A stretch of DNA of 64,000 nucleotides, from the NCBI GenBank assembly GCA_046290465.1, contig JBKAGP010000001.1, positions 6,208,001 to 6,272,000 on the forward strand. Direction: 5' to 3'. Every line of letters starts with the position of its first letter. Position 1 is the stretch's first letter. A program made the position numbers and the translations under genes. Positions 1 through 9,136 of the stretch are shown here, piece after piece. Below the pieces are notes generated by a model. It did no database searches. It was not told the DNA's origin and was given only the letters and a program-made list of their open reading frames with translations. The DNA is from Planctomycetota bacterium. Its GTDB lineage: Bacteria > Planctomycetota > UBA1135 > UBA2386.

Positions 1-1583
1 AGGGGCTGGATCGTGGCGGACAGGGTCGCGCCGCGTCGGGCCTCGAGCGTGATCGGCTGGTCGGCGGTCAGGTCGGCTGCGTGCATGGCGCGCAGCACGC
101 CGCCGCCCGAAAGGCGCAGGCTGCACGGGCCGACCGTGCTCAGCCGCAGCGTCGCGTTGCCGTCGGCATCGGTGCGCGACGCCGCGACCAGCGGCGTCAC
201 GCTGCGCACCGTGCCTTGGGGTGGGTGGGTCGCGGTGGCGGGCCGGAAGAACCCGAACGGCTCCGCCGCTACGCCCACCAGCACCTCGACGAGCACGCCG
301 GCGACCGGCGCGCCGCCCGCGTCGGTGACCGTGACCGTGCGCAGCACCGGAGCTGGCAGGTCGAGCCGGATGGTCTCGTCGTTGCCGACCTCGAGCAGCT
401 GCCAGCCGCTGGATCCCGCTCGCCGGTCGTGCGGCGCGACCAGCACGTGCCATTCGCCGGCCGCGAGCCGCGCGCTGGCGCGGCCGTCGGGAAAGCGGCC
501 GGACAGGCGCACCGGTGGCCGACCGGCCTCACTGTCGCGAGGGTGGCAGTAGAGGTTGAAGCGTTCGATCGCCACGCCGCCCGGCCCACGCACGACGAAC
601 GTGCGCAGCCCGGTGGTCGGGACCTTGAGCTCGTGGTCGCTGCTGCCCCAGGTCGCGTTGCCGGCCTGGTGCCAACCGTCGAAGCGCCGGTTGTGCGCGA
701 CCCACAGCTCGGTCGGCTGGCCGTTGCCGTGGTCGTCGTCGGCCATCAGCGTGAACTGACCGTCGCGCCGGCTGTAGCAGCTCTCGCCGCGGCCGGCGCG
801 CAGCCGCACGCCGCCGACCGGCGCGCCCTGTTCATCGACGACGCGGCCGGTGATCACGCGTTGCTTCGGGATCGCGCGCACGACGGCCGTGTAGGCGTCC
901 GGGTCCGGCAGCTCGAGGCGACCGAGGTCCGTCGGCACGTCGCGTTCGGGCAGCTCGACCTTGTAGGTGCCCGCAGCGAGCGGCGAACGCAGGTGCAGGT
1001 AGCCGTCGATGTCGGTGCGCTGGTAGCCGTAGTTGCTCAGCCAAGAGTGCGGGCCGTCGATCGGCGTGCGGGTCTGCCGCGTGCTGTGGTCGGTCGCCAG
1101 TAGCCGGACCAGCACCCCGGGCTGCAGCTGGCCGCGCTGGTCCTCGACGCGCAGCCGCGGATAGTGTCCGGTCGGCAGCTCGATGTCGCCGTAGTCGATG
1201 CCGCCCCGCCGCTGCGCGACCACGAACGCGCAGTTGCTGAACCACGCGACGCGGCGCGGGTGCGTGACATTGAGGTGGTAGCGGCCGCGGTCGAGCTGTT
1301 CGTCGGCGGCCGGCAGCCTCAGGTCGAAACGGAAGCGGCCGTCTTCGCCGGTCTGGACCGGCTCGGGGTCGGCCCAGTCGGTCCGGCTCCACGCCATCGC
1401 GTAGCCGGTCGACTGGTGCGCGCTCAGCCGGACCTCGCAGCGGGCCAGCGGCTGGCCGCGCTCGTCGACCAGGCGGCCCTGGACGACGAGGCGGCCGGTC
1501 GCGATCGGCGTCTCGCGGGTCTGCTGCGCCAGGGCACAGGTCGTCGCGAGCAGGGCGAACATCACGGGCAGCAGGTTCCTCAT
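1..1583 (-). CDS. Secreted protein with repeated carboxypeptidase-regulatory-like (beta-sandwich) domains; runs off the window edge
   Basis: Not in the ORF track because no stop falls inside the window. Manual translation from ATG 1583 gives MRNLLPVMFALLATTCALAQ (signal peptide), then repeated motifs VQGRLVDERGQPL, ITGRVVDEQGAPVGG, VTVTDAGGAPVAG and TDxDG. Confidence 0.75.
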   Translation of the reverse strand, partial: MRNLLPVMFALLATTCALAQQTRETPIATGRLVVQGRLVDERGQPLARCEVRLSAHQSTGYAMAWSRTDWADPEPVQTGEDGRFRFDLRLPAADEQLDRGRYHLNVTHPRRVAWFSNCAFVVAQRRGGIDYGDIELPTGHYPRLRVEDQRGQLQPGVLVRLLATDHSTRQTRTPIDGPHSWLSNYGYQRTDIDGYLHLRSPLAAGTYKVELPERDVPTDLGRLELPDPDAYTAVVRAIPKQRVITGRVVDEQGAPVGGVRLRAGRGESCYSRRDGQFTLMADDDHGNGQPTELWVAHNRRFDGWHQAGNATWGSSDHELKVPTTGLRTFVVRGPGGVAIERFNLYCHPRDSEAGRPPVRLSGRFPDGRASARLAAGEWHVLVAPHDRRAGSSGWQLLEVGNDETIRLDLPAPVLRTVTVTDAGGAPVAGVLVEVLVGVAAEPFGFFRPATATHPPQGTVRSVTPLVAASRTDADGNATLRLSTVGPCSLRLSGGGVLRAMHAADLTADQPITLEARRGATLSATIQP

Positions 1584-1600
1584 TCCGCCCGCAGCATAGC

Positions 1601-2260
1601 TCAGCGCTTGCGCTTGCGCTGCTCTTCGGCCCGCCGCGCCTTGCTCATCGCCCACGAACAGATCGGGCACCGCTCGGGGTCGTGCCGCAGCGCGGTGCAG
1701 TCGGTGCGGCCGAACCAGATGATCTGCAGGTGCAGGTCGTTCCAGCGCGCTTCGGGAAACGCCTTCTTGCAGTCGCGCTCGGTGCGTTCGACCGAGCTGC
1801 CGTTGCTGAGGCCCCAGCGCCAGGCGCAGCGGTGGATGTGGGTGTCGACCGGGAACATCGGCTGGCCGAACGCCTGCGCCATCACCACGCTGGCCGTCTT
1901 GTGGCCGACACCCGGCAGCTGCTCGAGTTCGGCGAGCGTCTGCGGCACCTCGCCGCCGTGCTGGTCGAGCAGGATGCGCGACAGGCCCGAGATCGCCTTG
2001 CTCTTCTGCGGCGACAGGCCGCACGGCCGGATGATCGCGCGGATCTCGTCGACCGGGACGTCGACCATCGCGTGCGGGGTGCGGGCCCGGGCGAACAGGC
2101 GCGGCGTCACCTCGTTGACCCGGACGTCGGTGCACTGGGCCGACAGCAGCACCGCGACCAGCAGCGTGTACGGGTCGTCGTGGTCGAGCGGGATCGGCGG
2201 GGACGGGAACCGCTCGTCGAGCAGCTCCATGATGGCGACCGCCTTGTCCGACCGTTTCAT
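1601..2260 (-). CDS. nth: Endonuclease III (HhH-GPD DNA glycosylase)
   Basis: Motifs LLVAVLLSAQCTD, LPGVGHKTA (HhH) and FPVDTHIHR; GAGGAG RBS upstream. Confidence 0.95.
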   Translation of the reverse strand: MKRSDKAVAIMELLDERFPSPPIPLDHDDPYTLLVAVLLSAQCTDVRVNEVTPRLFARARTPHAMVDVPVDEIRAIIRPCGLSPQKSKAISGLSRILLDQHGGEVPQTLAELEQLPGVGHKTASVVMAQAFGQPMFPVDTHIHRCAWRWGLSNGSSVERTERDCKKAFPEARWNDLHLQIIWFGRTDCTALRHDPERCPICSWAMSKARRAEEQRKRKR

Positions 2261-2322
2261 GACTCCTCACGGATAGCGCGTACGGGTCCGGGATCCAACT
2301 GTGGTAGCGTGCTGCACGCCCG

Positions 2323-2991
2323 ATGAGTGATGCGCCGTTCCGTGAGTGGTTCGAGAAGCTGTGGACCGACCGAGAGGATCGCGTCTACCGGTCGTTGTTC
2401 GGAGACCTCGGCAAGGGGGTCTGCACCGCCGGCGAGGCGGTGTTCCAGCGGTTCGGCAAGCAGCCGCACCCGGGCTGGCTGAACCACGGCGTGTTCGCGT
2501 GCCCGCCGCACGAGGAGCGCGACAGCTGGATCTACGTCAGTTCGGGCCTGAGCAACCCGTGGAACCTCGAGACGCCGGGCAAGGATCCGAGCGGCTTCGC
2601 CGGGCTCGGTTTCGAGCTGGTCGTGGAGTCCGCGGCGGAGGCCGACTGGGCGGTGCCGCTGCTGCACAACCTGATGGCCTACGAACTGCTGGTCGCGGTC
2701 GGCACCTACGAGGGCGCCGAGCTGTTCGAATACGGCAACCGCATCCCGCTCAACGACTCGATCACGCCGACGTTCGAGTCGGCGATCCGCTGGTTGCTGG
2801 TCGAGCAGCCCAAGCACTACCCGTCGTCGTTCGAGCTGTCGGCCGGCCGCGTCGACTTCTTCCACCTGGTCGGGGCGAGCGACGCCGAGGTCGAGTTCGC
2901 GCGCAAGAACAGCCAGGACAACCTGGTGCAGCTGCTCAAGGACAAGGGCGTGCACCCGTTGACCGACGCGGCCCGCGAGAGCGTGCTGTAG
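2323..2991 (+). CDS. Suppressor-of-fused (SUFU) domain protein
   Basis: WIYVSSGLSN, GLGFEL and VDFFHLVGASDAE are typical of bacterial SUFU proteins. Confidence 0.8.
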   Translation: MSDAPFREWFEKLWTDREDRVYRSLFGDLGKGVCTAGEAVFQRFGKQPHPGWLNHGVFACPPHEERDSWIYVSSGLSNPWNLETPGKDPSGFAGLGFELVVESAAEADWAVPLLHNLMAYELLVAVGTYEGAELFEYGNRIPLNDSITPTFESAIRWLLVEQPKHYPSSFELSAGRVDFFHLVGASDAEVEFARKNSQDNLVQLLKDKGVHPLTDAARESVL

Positions 2992-3007
2992 ACCGTCCGG
3001 CCACGCC

Positions 3008-3199
3008 ATGTTCCGCGATCGCCCGCGCCGCTACGAGAAGCCGCCGTCGACGCCGTGCGTCAAGGTGTGCAAGTTCACCGCCGGGGGCGACTACTGCCTC
3101 GGCTGCCGGCGCACGCGCGACGAAATCGCCAGGTGGTGGGACCTGTCCGAAGAAGAGCGCCAGCGGCTGCTGCGCGAGCTGCAGGAACGGCGCCGCTAG
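3008..3199 (+). CDS. DUF1289 family small Cys-rich protein
   Basis: Signature PCVKVC...CLGCRRTRDEIARW. Confidence 0.85.
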   Translation: MFRDRPRRYEKPPSTPCVKVCKFTAGGDYCLGCRRTRDEIARWWDLSEEERQRLLRELQERRR

Positions 3200-3531
3200 G
3201 AGCGCGTCCATGTAGTGGACGCGCTGCCGACCGTGATCGCGGAAGCGGCGTGTACGCATACGGACGGGGCTTTGCCCGCTGGCGCCCGGCCGCGGGGTCA
3301 TGCGTCGCGGGGGCGTTCGTCGCGGCGCGCTTGTGTCGTCGTCGTATCCACCCGCCGTGCGGCGATCGCCGATGAGCCAAAAACCCGCCCGCATCGGTAA
3401 CCGGGTCGCGGTCCGTTCCTAGGCTCCCGTGAGTCGCGGGATTCGGCCTCGCTCCCGGAGCGCTCTCCCAAGGGGCCGGAAGAACCACCACATCGCCCGC
3501 GGCGACCCCTCTCACCCCAAGGAGAGTCTGC

Positions 3532-6500
3532 GTGGGCTGTGTTCCTCTGGCCTCGTTGCCTGCCGTGCGCCCTCTGTGCGCGTCCCTCGTCCTCGCCACC
3601 TCGATCGCCGCGCAATCGCTCGGCGATTGGCGGTCGGTGCCATCCCGCACGGTGCCGCCAGCGCGCACCGGCTTCGCGCTCGCCGAACTGCCCGGCGGCG
3701 ACCTGCTGCTGTTCGGCGGCGACGCCGCCAACCCGCAGGCCACCGAATGGCGGTGGAACGGCTTTGACTGGAGCGCGGAGACCACCCCGGTGCCGCGCCG
3801 CGACCAGCCGGCGATGGCCAGCCTGCCGACCTCGCTGATGGTGTTCGGCGGCGTCGCCAACGGCACCGTGCTGTCCGATACCTGGCTGCGCAGCCCGAAC
3901 GGCGTGTGGACCCAGGTGAGCTCCCAGGTCGGCGCGCTGACCGACGTCTCGATCGCCGGCGACGTCGCCGGGCAGCGCTACGTGCTGGTCGGCAAGGACT
4001 TCGCCGGTGACTACCAGACCTGGTTCTACGAACTGACCTGGACGCAGGGGCCGACGGTGCAGACCTTCGGGGCGCGCGTCGTCGCCGACGACCTGCGTCG
4101 GCGGGTGCTGCTGATCACCGACGACTTCGCGTCGACCGGCGTGTCGGTGCTCGACGGCACCAGCTGGTCGAGCTACGCGCAGGCGCCGTCGTCGGTCGCG
4201 CTCGGTGACGTGGCGTTCGACCGGCGTCGCGGCCACGCGGTGCTGCTGCAGCCGTTCGACGACCTGCAGGTGGTCGAATGGGACGGGCTGGCGCTGCAGT
4301 CGTCCGGCACTCCGACCGGCGGCATCCTGTCGGCCAACGCGACCGCGATGAGCTACCACCAGCGCCGCGACGAGGTCGTGCTGGTCGCCAACCGCGGCAA
4401 CGGCATGGAGACGCTGCGGCACGCGGTCGACTCCGAGCCGGCGGCGCTGGCGTTCGGCACGCCCTGCGGCCGCAGCCTCGAGCTGTCGCCGGGCTCGATC
4501 CCGTTGCCGGGTGCCACCCACGCGCTGCAGAGCGCGACGCCGGTGGGCGATCTGAGCTTCGGCGTGATCGGCTTCTCGCGCACGACCAGCAGCGGCCAGC
4601 CGCTGCCGCAGCCGCTGCCCGGCGGTTGCCTGCTCGAGGTCGAGCCGGCGATCGCGACGTTCCTCGGCAGCAGCGCCGATCCCAAGCTGTTCGTCTCGCT
4701 GCCGTCGAGCGCGCAGCTGCTCGGCGAACGCTACGTCTCGCAGTTCGTGTTCCTGGTGTCGGGCGGCGGCATCGCCTCGTCGAACGGCCTCGAGGTGCAG
4801 ATCGGCTCGCCGCAGTTCGAGTTCGAGCTCCGCGAGACCTTCGTCGACGACAGCAACCGCGACCCGATCGCGTCGGGGGACGTGTGGGGCAACGGCTCCG
4901 CCGTGCCGGCGCAGATCGGCGGCGACGGCGCCTTCGGCTCGTTCGACCTGTCGCTGGCCACGCAGGTGGCGGCCAACGTCTACGAACTGGACACCGACAT
5001 GACCGTGATCCCGGCCGATCGCACGCTGAGCGGTCTGCCCGCGCAGGTCACCGACGGCCGCTTCTACTTCACCGACTTCGTCGTGCCGGCCGGCGTCACG
5101 CTGCGCTTCGTCGGCACGTCGCCGGCGCGCCTGTTCGTGCGCGGCGTGGTCGACGTGCAGGGCACGGTCTCGGTCGACGCTCCCGACATGCCGTCGACGA
5201 TCCAGACCGCCGGGCCGGCGCTCGGCCTGCCGGTCAGCACGTTCAACGCGCGGATCGGCGGCGTCGGCTCGCCCGGCCAGCCGGGCGGAGCCGGTGGCCC
5301 CGGCGGCGGCCGCGGCGGCAACGGCGGCGTCGAGTGCGGCAACCTCGGCCCGATCCTCAGCAACGGCGTCGACGTGACCAGCGGCCAGGACGGCATCGAC
5401 GTGCAGGTCGGCGCCGGGCACGCCTACGAAGGCAGCGTCGGTGGGACCGGCGGCGCCGGCAGTCCGCTGATGCCGGCGACCGGCTCGTGGGCCGGCCCGC
5501 CGTTCCCGACGCTGAGCTTCGTCTACAGCCCGTACCACAGCCGCGGCGGCAACGGCGGCGGCTTCCGCCAGCCGGGTGGCGTCTCGCAGCAGCCGCAGCA
5601 TGCCAACCCGAACAACACGATCCTGTTCGATCCGGCGCCGGCGGCGAGTCCTTCGTTCCCGCTGTTCCCGCTGCCGGGCGGCACGTCGTCGCTCGAGCAC
5701 TTCGCGGTCGGCGGCTCCGGCGGCGGCGGTGGCGGCAGCCACGGCTACGGCCTGCTGGCGATCGGCTCTGCGCTCGAACGCTGGATGTCGGGCCACGGCG
5801 GTGCCGGTGGCGGCGGCGTGCTGGTCCTCCGCGCCGGCAGCGTCGCCACCGTTGCGGGTGCGCTGAGTTCGCGCGGCGGCAGCGGTCCGGTCATCGCCGG
5901 CGACGATCCGAACACCACCAGCACGACCGACATCTACGGCATCTCGTCACCGGGTGGCGGCGGCTCGGGTGGCTCCGTGCTGCTGCAGGCGCGGGTCGCG
6001 TCGGTGTCGGGTTCGGTCGACGTGCGCGGCGGCGCCGGTGGCGTCAACGACTACATGGCCAACTCCCTGCAGCGGATGACCGGTGGCGGCGGCGACGGCG
6101 CGCCGGGCTTCCTGCGCATCGAGACGCAGGGCGGCCTGACGTTCAGTGGCAGCTACAGCTCGCCGTTCGTCAACGGCGAGAACTCCGGCACGCTGCAGGA
6201 CGTCGACGCCCGCACCGGGTCGCGGTCGCGCTGGATGACGCCGTCGAGCACCGGTCTGCCGGTGTGGCTGCGCTACGAACTGCTGGTGCAGATCAACGGC
6301 CTGCCGGTGCTGTTCAGCGACGATCCGGAGGTGTCGCCGGTCGCGGCGACCGGCGCCAACTCGGCGGCGACGCTGCTGGTGCAGGGCGCGCGCCTCGACG
6401 CGCTCGGCCAGCCGCTCGCCGGCACGATCGGCCCGTGGCGGGGGCGCGTCGGCGGCCCTGGCTCGCTCAACACCGACTTCGCCCAGGCCGTGCGCTTCGA

Positions 6501-6564
6501 CGTGGTGCTCGACAAGTCGCTCGGCGCCGAGCGGGTGCTCGACCTGCGCATCGTCTGGCGCTGA
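3532..6564 (+). CDS. Large secreted protein: Kelch-like propeller, Ig-like module, Gly-rich region and C-terminal beta domain
   Basis: Signal peptide; LLFGG..TEWRWNG and MVFGG..DTW Kelch-like repeats; many GGGGxGG stretches; AAGGAG RBS before the GTG start. Confidence 0.8.
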   Translation: MGCVPLASLPAVRPLCASLVLATSIAAQSLGDWRSVPSRTVPPARTGFALAELPGGDLLLFGGDAANPQATEWRWNGFDWSAETTPVPRRDQPAMASLPTSLMVFGGVANGTVLSDTWLRSPNGVWTQVSSQVGALTDVSIAGDVAGQRYVLVGKDFAGDYQTWFYELTWTQGPTVQTFGARVVADDLRRRVLLITDDFASTGVSVLDGTSWSSYAQAPSSVALGDVAFDRRRGHAVLLQPFDDLQVVEWDGLALQSSGTPTGGILSANATAMSYHQRRDEVVLVANRGNGMETLRHAVDSEPAALAFGTPCGRSLELSPGSIPLPGATHALQSATPVGDLSFGVIGFSRTTSSGQPLPQPLPGGCLLEVEPAIATFLGSSADPKLFVSLPSSAQLLGERYVSQFVFLVSGGGIASSNGLEVQIGSPQFEFELRETFVDDSNRDPIASGDVWGNGSAVPAQIGGDGAFGSFDLSLATQVAANVYELDTDMTVIPADRTLSGLPAQVTDGRFYFTDFVVPAGVTLRFVGTSPARLFVRGVVDVQGTVSVDAPDMPSTIQTAGPALGLPVSTFNARIGGVGSPGQPGGAGGPGGGRGGNGGVECGNLGPILSNGVDVTSGQDGIDVQVGAGHAYEGSVGGTGGAGSPLMPATGSWAGPPFPTLSFVYSPYHSRGGNGGGFRQPGGVSQQPQHANPNNTILFDPAPAASPSFPLFPLPGGTSSLEHFAVGGSGGGGGGSHGYGLLAIGSALERWMSGHGGAGGGGVLVLRAGSVATVAGALSSRGGSGPVIAGDDPNTTSTTDIYGISSPGGGGSGGSVLLQARVASVSGSVDVRGGAGGVNDYMANSLQRMTGGGGDGAPGFLRIETQGGLTFSGSYSSPFVNGENSGTLQDVDARTGSRSRWMTPSSTGLPVWLRYELLVQINGLPVLFSDDPEVSPVAATGANSAATLLVQGARLDALGQPLAGTIGPWRGRVGGPGSLNTDFAQAVRFDVVLDKSLGAERVLDLRIVWR

Positions 6565-6652
6565 TCGTCCGGGGCGGGATCCCGTGTGCCCGTTCGGGCA
6601 CACGGTACCTGGACCGGGCCCGGCGCGACCGGCACGATGGTCGCGCCGAACC

Positions 6653-7612
6653 ATGCCCGATCCGACCGACGACCCAGCCCCGCTGAACATCCGCCCGCTG
6701 CAAGAGCGCAGGAACCTCGTGCAGAAGGAGGACTTCGCCAAGGTCCTCCCGCCGGTCGACGGCTTCCTGCAGTGGTTCGATGCGCTGCCGGACATCTACG
6801 GCAGCAAGTCGCTCAAGCACGTCGTGTCCGAGGTGGTCACGGCGCGCGAGAACGGCAAGGAGGTCGGCGTGCAGCTCGGCGCGCACGTGCTCAAGGTCGG
6901 GCTGTCGCCGCTGGTCATCGACCTGATGCGTCGCGGCCTGATCACCCACGTCGCGACCAACGGCGCGTCGGCGATCCACGACTGGGAGACCGCCTACCAG
7001 GGTGCGACCAGCGAGGACGTCGGCGAGAACCTGCCCAACGGTTCGTTCGGGTTCTGGCGCGAGACGCTCGACGCGCTCAACGGTGCCGCGAAGCGCGCGC
7101 ACGACGAGGGCATCGGCTTCGGCGCCGCGGTCGGCAGGACGATCCTCGAACAGGACCTGCCATACCGCCATCTGTCGGTGTTCTCCGAGGCCGAACGGCT
7201 CGGCATCCCGGCCACCGTGCACGTCGCGTTCGGCTGCGACATCACGCACATGGATCCGGACCTCGACGGCGCGGCGCTCGGCGCGGCGACGCAGAAGGAC
7301 TTCTGGACGTTCGCCGACACGGTCGGTCGCCTGGAGCAGGGCGTCTGGCTCAACGTCGGCTCGGCCGTGATCATGCCCGAGGTGTTCTTGAAGGCGGTGT
7401 CGATCGCGCGCAACCGAGGCCAGCTGACCGACGACTTCCTGACCTGCAACTTCGACATGCTGCAGCAGTACCGCGCCGTCACCAACGTCGTGCAGCGGCC
7501 GCCCAGGCAGGGCCGTTCGATCCTGGCGATGCACGAGATCGTGCTGCCGCTGCTGCACCAGGCGCTGATCTGCACCGCGGCCAGGCGCGGCTGCCTGAAG
7601 GAGCCGCGCTGA
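6653..7612 (+). CDS. Conserved protein with a deoxyhypusine-synthase-like fold (resembles the GSU2086-type family)
   Basis: Motifs LGAHVLKVGL, ATNGASAIHDWE, PATVHVAFGCDI and NVGSAVIMPEVFLKA. Start re-called to ATG 6653; its stop overlaps the hldE start (TGATG). Confidence 0.7.
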   Translation: MPDPTDDPAPLNIRPLQERRNLVQKEDFAKVLPPVDGFLQWFDALPDIYGSKSLKHVVSEVVTARENGKEVGVQLGAHVLKVGLSPLVIDLMRRGLITHVATNGASAIHDWETAYQGATSEDVGENLPNGSFGFWRETLDALNGAAKRAHDEGIGFGAAVGRTILEQDLPYRHLSVFSEAERLGIPATVHVAFGCDITHMDPDLDGAALGAATQKDFWTFADTVGRLEQGVWLNVGSAVIMPEVFLKAVSIARNRGQLTDDFLTCNFDMLQQYRAVTNVVQRPPRQGRSILAMHEIVLPLLHQALICTAARRGCLKEPR

Positions 7613-9099
7613 TGACGCCGTCCCTCGACAGCGAGAACCGCCGCCTCGCCGATGTGCTCAGCGGTCTGCCCGACACCCGCGTGCTGGTGGTCGGCGACCT
7701 GATCCTCGACCGCTACGCCGACGGCGACGCCAAGCGCGTGTCGCCCGAGGCGCCGGTGCTGGTGTTCGACTTCGAACGTGACCGCTACCTGCTCGGCGGT
7801 GCCTGCAACGTCGCCGCCAACCTGAGCGTGCTCGGCGCGTCGGCGTCGGTGCTCGGCGTGATCGGCGACGACGAGCCCGGCGAACGGCTGCGCGCGCTCC
7901 TGCAGGACGCCGACATCGACACCCAGGCGCTGGTCGTCGACACCACCCGGCCGACCACGCGCAAGACCCGCTACGTCGCCAAGACGCTGCAGGTGCTGCG
8001 CGTCGACCACGAATCGCGCGCGCCGGTCGGCGGCGACGCCGAACGGCGCATGCTCGACCTGCTGCGGCAGCGGCCGTTCCCGTGGAAGAGCGTGCTGCTC
8101 AGCGACTACGGCAAGGGCGTGTTGACGCGCACGGTGATCGAGGCGGCGGTCGAGGCGGCCAGGAGCGTCGGCGGCGTCACCGTCGTCGATCCGAAGGGCA
8201 AGGACTACTCGATCTACCGCGGCGTCGACCTGCTGACGCCCAACCGCGCCGAGGCCGAGGCCGCGACCGGCATACAGATCGAGAGCACGGCCGACATGCA
8301 CCGCGCGGCGCAGCGGCTGCGCGAATTGACCGGCATCCGCACCGCGGTGATCACGCTCGGCAAGGACGGCATCTTCTTCGAGACCGAGGACGGCTCGCAC
8401 AAGATCATCCCGACCGAGGCGCGCCAGGTGTTCGACGTCACCGGTGCCGGCGACACGGTCGTGTCGGTGCTGACCTACTGCCGCGCGGCGGGCGTATCGC
8501 TCGAGGATTCGCTGCGGCTGGCCAACCACGCCGCCGGCATCACCGTCGCCAAGCTCGGCACCTGGGCGCCGTCGCGCCGCGAGGTGCTGACGCGGCTCGG
8601 GGACTCGTCACCGACCAGCACCGGCAAGGTGCTGAGCCACGAGCAGGCGATCGAGGTCGGCTCGCGCATGCGCGCCGAGGGCCGCCGGCTGGTGTTCACC
8701 AACGGCTGCTTCGACATCCTGCACGCCGGCCACTGCGAATACCTGCAGAAGAGCCGCAGCTACGGCGACGCACTGATGGTCGCGGTCAACACCGACGAGT
8801 CGGTGCAGCGCCAGCAGAAGGGCAAGGGCCGCCCGTTCAACGCGCTCGAGGACCGCATGGCGGTGCTGTCGGCGCTCGAGGCGGTCGACTACGTGGTGCC
8901 GTTCGGCGACGACACGCCCAAGGCGGTGATCGAGGCGATCACGCCGCACGTGCTGGCCAAGGGCGAGGACTGGCGCGACAAGGGCGTGGTCGGGCGCGAG
9001 TGGGTCGAGGACCACGGCGGGCAGGTGGTGCTGGTGCCGCTGGTGGCGGGGCGTTCGACGACGAACGTGGTGAAGCGGATCCTCGAGAGCGGCGAGTAG
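7612..9099 (+). CDS. hldE: Bifunctional heptose-7-phosphate kinase / heptose-1-phosphate adenylyltransferase
   Basis: Kinase domain VGDLILDRY..RVSPEAPV, SDYGKG, DVTGAGDT; adenylyltransferase domain FTNGCFDILHAGH..GRSTT. Confidence 0.95.
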   Translation: MTPSLDSENRRLADVLSGLPDTRVLVVGDLILDRYADGDAKRVSPEAPVLVFDFERDRYLLGGACNVAANLSVLGASASVLGVIGDDEPGERLRALLQDADIDTQALVVDTTRPTTRKTRYVAKTLQVLRVDHESRAPVGGDAERRMLDLLRQRPFPWKSVLLSDYGKGVLTRTVIEAAVEAARSVGGVTVVDPKGKDYSIYRGVDLLTPNRAEAEAATGIQIESTADMHRAAQRLRELTGIRTAVITLGKDGIFFETEDGSHKIIPTEARQVFDVTGAGDTVVSVLTYCRAAGVSLEDSLRLANHAAGITVAKLGTWAPSRREVLTRLGDSSPTSTGKVLSHEQAIEVGSRMRAEGRRLVFTNGCFDILHAGHCEYLQKSRSYGDALMVAVNTDESVQRQQKGKGRPFNALEDRMAVLSALEAVDYVVPFGDDTPKAVIEAITPHVLAKGEDWRDKGVVGREWVEDHGGQVVLVPLVAGRSTTNVVKRILESGE

Positions 9100-9136
9100 G
9101 GGAGGTCTGGGTGGGGCTGGCCCCACGAAGCCTCGA

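Noticed and set aside
3200..3531. Riboswitch in the long leader of the 1010-aa secreted protein
   Set aside because: I found no recognisable aptamer consensus or terminator; the GC-rich pairing is non-specific.
6586..9099. Apparent long N-terminal extensions or fusions in the ORF track (hldE 837 aa, GTs, PP2C 653 aa, MMPL 957 aa, rpsB 477 aa)
   Set aside because: The extensions overlap upstream genes in another frame; better starts have an RBS or a stop/start overlap.
9096..9126. GTAG plus a GTGGGGC-TG-GCCCCAC hairpin as a REP element at the islet edge
   Set aside because: It is a single short copy with GTAG not adjacent to the stem; it cannot be supported without a genome-wide search.
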